Shown here: positions 8,328 through 11,278 of the stretch, piece by piece
How the letters are laid out: the number at the start of each line of letters is the position of its first letter
Position numbering within the stretch: the first letter of the stretch is position 1
DNA from: Salpingoeca rosetta
Taxonomy: Eukaryota; Protista; Choanoflagellata
Assembly (NCBI GenBank): GCA_033442325.1
Contig: JAWQFM010000024.1
Coordinates: 1,193,783-1,205,060 of the forward strand
Reading direction: 5' to 3'
Length of the DNA stretch: 11,278 nucleotides
Translations under genes and position numbers: made by a program
The notes under the pieces: generated by a model
The model's input: only the letters and a program-made list of their open reading frames with translations
Told to the model about the DNA's origin: nothing
Database searches by the model: none

Positions 8328-8448
8328 GACAGACAGACGGAGGATGGACAGATAGACGGGCGGACGGGCAGATGAACAGACAGACGGGCGGACAGACAGA
8401 CAGACACACAGACAGGCACACACACACACACATACACACGCGCACACA
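8328..8448. repeat. Compound (GACA/GACG/GGCG)n + (CA)n simple repeat just downstream of the Roco-PARP stop
   Basis: Degenerate tetranucleotide run grading into a CA run. Confidence 0.85.
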
Positions 8449-8453
8449 TGTGG

Positions 8454-9587
8454 CTAGAGTTGCGCTGCGAGTGCTGTTTTGTCCACCTTGACAAACACCT
8501 TGGCGAATGGCAAAACCTGCGCCTCTTGTGAGACCACATACTCCTCGAAGTCAAAGGTGGCAGGCGTGTCGGTGGATTGATAGCTCATGCGTTTCGTCAC
8601 TTGAGCATAATGGGTGTCGCAGCCGTTCTTCAGCTTCTTGCCCCAGAACTTCTTGCACTTGTTTTCCCCAGACGATGGGTAGTCCTTACTCCTGGTGATC
8701 GGGTATGCGAGGCCGACGCTGGCAGCGCACAGGAGCATTACGTGCTCGCCATCTGCGTTGGGTGCGCGCCAGTTTCCAGTCAGCAGGCGTGTCGAGTAGC
8801 CAGCCGCGTAATTGGCCTGCGGCGTGAGGTAGATGCCAGCACCAAAGAAGCCAGGGTCGTTCGGGTTACTGAGGTTGGCGGTGCCCGCGGCGGTGATGTC
8901 GTCGGTGACAGCCTCGTCACAGCCGTGGAAACCAATCAGCACATTGACGTGGTTCACGCTGTCGGGTGTTTCTGCAAACTGCGTCTTGAGCCGATCGAGC
9001 ATGGCTTGTTTCTCCGGATCGCCAGCCCCAAAGTCCTTGTTGAAAGGGTTTTCAGGGTCTGCAGCAACGGTGTTGGTAGGGTCTGGATCGCCACGGCGCG
9101 TTGCCGACCGCTCCACCTGCGCTTTGAACGCCCGCAGCATCATGGTGGACTTGATCATCTCCACGCGCGACAGGGTGAGGCCCGGCGCCATCTGACTCTC
9201 AATCCATCGATAGAGGTCGGTGTTTGGTGGCAAGGGTGCCGAATACACGCCATGCGAGCTCGGTCCGCTCCACGGGAGCTGCTCATCAAAGGTGTCATCA
9301 AGCCGCCAAGCAGGGTGGTGCCACTCGTGGTCGCGCAACTGCCAAGACGGCATGACGGGTGGTCGTTGCGCGGGCGCCCGCAGCAACAGATCGCCAACGC
9401 GGTCGGACACTGGGGTCTGGCTTTCCCTGTGGTGCGTGGATGTGACGAGCTCGTCTGGGTCCTTGCCTGTCAGATCCTCAAGCTTGTGCGCAGCTGGGTA
9501 CTTTTCGTGGCGCTTCAGGTGTTTCGTGCTGAGGACGAGGTGGACGTGGTCAATCCCTGTTGCTTCCTCTTGCAGCACCGACAGCAC
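8454..9587 (-). CDS. Roco terminal exon: end of COR, linker and PARP-like catalytic domain (~9240-8470)
   Basis: His codon 8927-8925, Tyr codon 8831-8829, Glu codon 8543-8541, stop TAG 8456-8454. Confidence 0.9.
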   Translation of the reverse strand: MLSVLQEEATGIDHVHLVLSTKHLKRHEKYPAAHKLEDLTGKDPDELVTSTHHRESQTPVSDRVGDLLLRAPAQRPPVMPSWQLRDHEWHHPAWRLDDTFDEQLPWSGPSSHGVYSAPLPPNTDLYRWIESQMAPGLTLSRVEMIKSTMMLRAFKAQVERSATRRGDPDPTNTVAADPENPFNKDFGAGDPEKQAMLDRLKTQFAETPDSVNHVNVLIGFHGCDEAVTDDITAAGTANLSNPNDPGFFGAGIYLTPQANYAAGYSTRLLTGNWRAPNADGEHVMLLCAASVGLAYPITRSKDYPSSGENKCKKFWGKKLKNGCDTHYAQVTKRMSYQSTDTPATFDFEEYVVSQEAQVLPFAKVFVKVDKTALAAQL

Positions 9588-9681
9588 CTGTCGTCAACAC
9601 GCAAGTGAGCAGAGGATGAAATGAGGGCGAACCATGGAAAGCTGATCATTCGCTGACAAGCGATGGGCACAACAACGCAAG

Positions 9682-9732
<51 letters not shown>

Positions 9733-11277
9733 CACAACACACACACACACACACACACACACTCTCTCTCACACACACACAATCGCTCACAAACTGACCT
9801 TTGTCATGAATGGCAGGGCCTTGTGCTCTGCGCCAGAAGGCGCGCGCACCCACACGTCGACTTGTCGATCGCCACGCAGCAGTCCGAGGCACTGCACGCC
9901 ATCGTGTTCACAGAAGAAGGCATCCTTCCACACCCTAAGGGTTGTGCCAAACGAATTGTGCAGCAGTGTCTGCACGTGCGGGAAGAAGCCAGGTGGCAGC
10001 GCAAGTGCCTTGCTCTCGACCACCAGCAGTCGTCCGGCATAGAGAGGCCAGAAACCAGCTTGAGGCCAGGCGGTCGCAAGATCGACCTCCTCCTCAACAC
10101 GGCTCGGTAGCATGAATCGCTGTTGGCCATAGTTCGAAGGCGGCAGCTCGAAGCAGAGGAGCATGTGCTGCAGCACGTTGATGACGAGATCTGCGTCGGC
10201 GATGCCATCAAATGCGGTTTCCAGGTCCGTGAAGGTCAAGACGCCTTTTTTTGTGATCGAGCCTTGCTGCACGCCATCCGGCGTCAGCGCTCTCCCCAGC
10301 ACGTCATGAAGCAGCCAGTTGGGGTCAACAAAGACGAAATCCGCCAAGGATGGGGTGTTGGAATACCAGAGCAGATCGCCACGTGTGTGGAAGTACCTGT
10401 GTACATGTGTGGGAAGCAGGGACAGCAAGGGTGTAGGCGTGTGTGAGCATTCTGGCACTGGTCCTCAAGTCAGTCAACTGTTTGCACAACAAGGATGACA
10501 AATCTGCGAAGTCTTGCAAGCCTACCTCAGCGCAGAAGAAAACATTGTCATGTCAAAGGAGGTCAAGTCGAGTCCAGGCGTGTGGGTTCGGACAAACTGA
10601 AAGAGCGAATCGATGACCCACGCTGGCTTCTCATTCCTGGCTGACTGGAGGGCTGTCGCAAGCCGATCCACAACTCTGGGGACGAGAACCTCTTGCCCTT
10701 TCATCCACCGCCAGTTTCGCACAAGGCGCGCGCGAAGCGTGTTGAAACTGACATCACCACGCCCATGACAGTTGAGGGAGATGAGGCTGTCTTGGATGTC
10801 AACGATGCTGCCATACGTTCTTTTGAGGTGTGCGACCATCGCTGCGCTCCAAGTGGGCTGCCAAAATGCTTCAACAAGCCCAATCTTTCGGGCAAGATCC
10901 CTCTTGGTGCCCACGATCACGACGCGCGGCTTCGTGTCTTCTGTCTCGTCGTCGCCTGCTGTTGCTGTGGCAGCCGCAATGCCCTGCTTCAGTCGCGTGC
11001 AGATGAACTGCAGCCAGTAGTTGGCGCGCTCCTTCACGTGCTCTTCTGGTTGGGAGAGGTCGACGCAGACGACAAACGCAGCGAAGCGATCCGACATCAT
11101 GAGCGTGTGGATCACGTGATAGGCCCGGCTTCCACCAAAGTCGTACACATGAAGAGACGCAGTGTCATCGCTGCTGTGGCTCTGTTTGAGCTTCATTTCA
11201 CGGGCGCGAATGCCGGGCGTGTGCGCGCATGCCGTGGCGTGGATCGTGGCGTGGTTGCCAGGAAAAAGCTGATACAA
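8454..11277 (-). CDS. Roco protein (ROC GTPase-COR) with C-terminal PARP-like ADP-ribosyltransferase domain; 3' part, 3 exons, 5' end outside the window
   Basis: Exons >11277-10526 (AG|gtaggc), 10396-9799 (acacag|G..AAG|gtcagt) and 9587-8454 (gacag|GTG..TAG) splice in frame. ROC: HTPGI (G2), VYDFGG (G3), FVVCVDLS, YWLQFI, VVIVGTKRD (G4). COR: ALRYFHTRGDLLWY..FVFVDPNWL, FMLPSRV, LPPGFFPHVQTLL, VWKDAF. ART: GFHGC, GFFGAGIYLTPQANYAAGY, MLLCAASVG, DTHYA, EEYVVSQEAQVLP. Confidence 0.92.
9682..9781. repeat. Compound (CT)n/(CA)n microsatellite in Roco intron 9588-9798
   Basis: CT and CA runs. Confidence 0.95.
9799..10396 (-). CDS. Roco exon: COR domain
   Basis: YFHTRGDLLWY, VDPNWL, CFEL, FMLPS and PPGFFPHVQ motifs; canonical splice sites. 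Confidence 0.9.
10526..11277 (-). CDS. Roco exon: ROC GTPase (G2-G5) and start of COR
   Basis: DFGG at 11142-11131 and TKRD at 10908-10897. The P-loop is not within the window. Confidence 0.9.
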
Positions 11278-11278
11278 A

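Noticed and set aside
8577-9608. 343-aa plus-strand ORF antisense to the PARP exon (likewise 4863-5774, 5779-6609 and 7222-7680 antisense to the channel)
   Set aside because: Shadow ORFs expected from GC-rich codon bias on the true coding strand; no recognisable motifs.
11128-11142. ROC G3 motif DFGGS lacking the Ras Q61-equivalent Gln
   Set aside because: This position varies among Roco proteins (LRRK2 has DFAGR), so it is not evidence of inactivity.

Overview
Eukaryotic, intron-rich DNA with many (GT/CA)n microsatellites and an 889-nt assembly gap (2450-3338). Gene content and style suggest a choanoflagellate such as Salpingoeca (inference only). Four loci are visible once splicing is reconstructed by hand. 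(1) Minus strand 1861-64, running off the left edge: the 5' part of an RI/NLR-type LRR gene in which six consecutive 28-aa repeats are each encoded by an exactly 84-nt phase-2/phase-2 exon. (2) Plus strand ~3510-4043: three exons of a ubiquitin-activating enzyme E1 (UBA1/UBA6-like) catalytic-cysteine domain with no visible continuation. (3) Plus strand ~4401-7771: a WD40 + TRP-like cation channel gene broken by an in-frame TAG, five successive net -1 frame changes and a missing S3-S4 segment (pseudogene or sequence error). (4) Minus strand 11277-8454, entering from the right edge: an intact three-exon 3' part of a Roco protein (ROC GTPase-COR) fused to a C-terminal PARP-like ADP-ribosyltransferase domain with a full H-Y-E triad. 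The best candidate for an undescribed system is a family of exon-modular LRR / ROC-COR / ADP-ribosyltransferase receptor-effector proteins, possibly immune-like.
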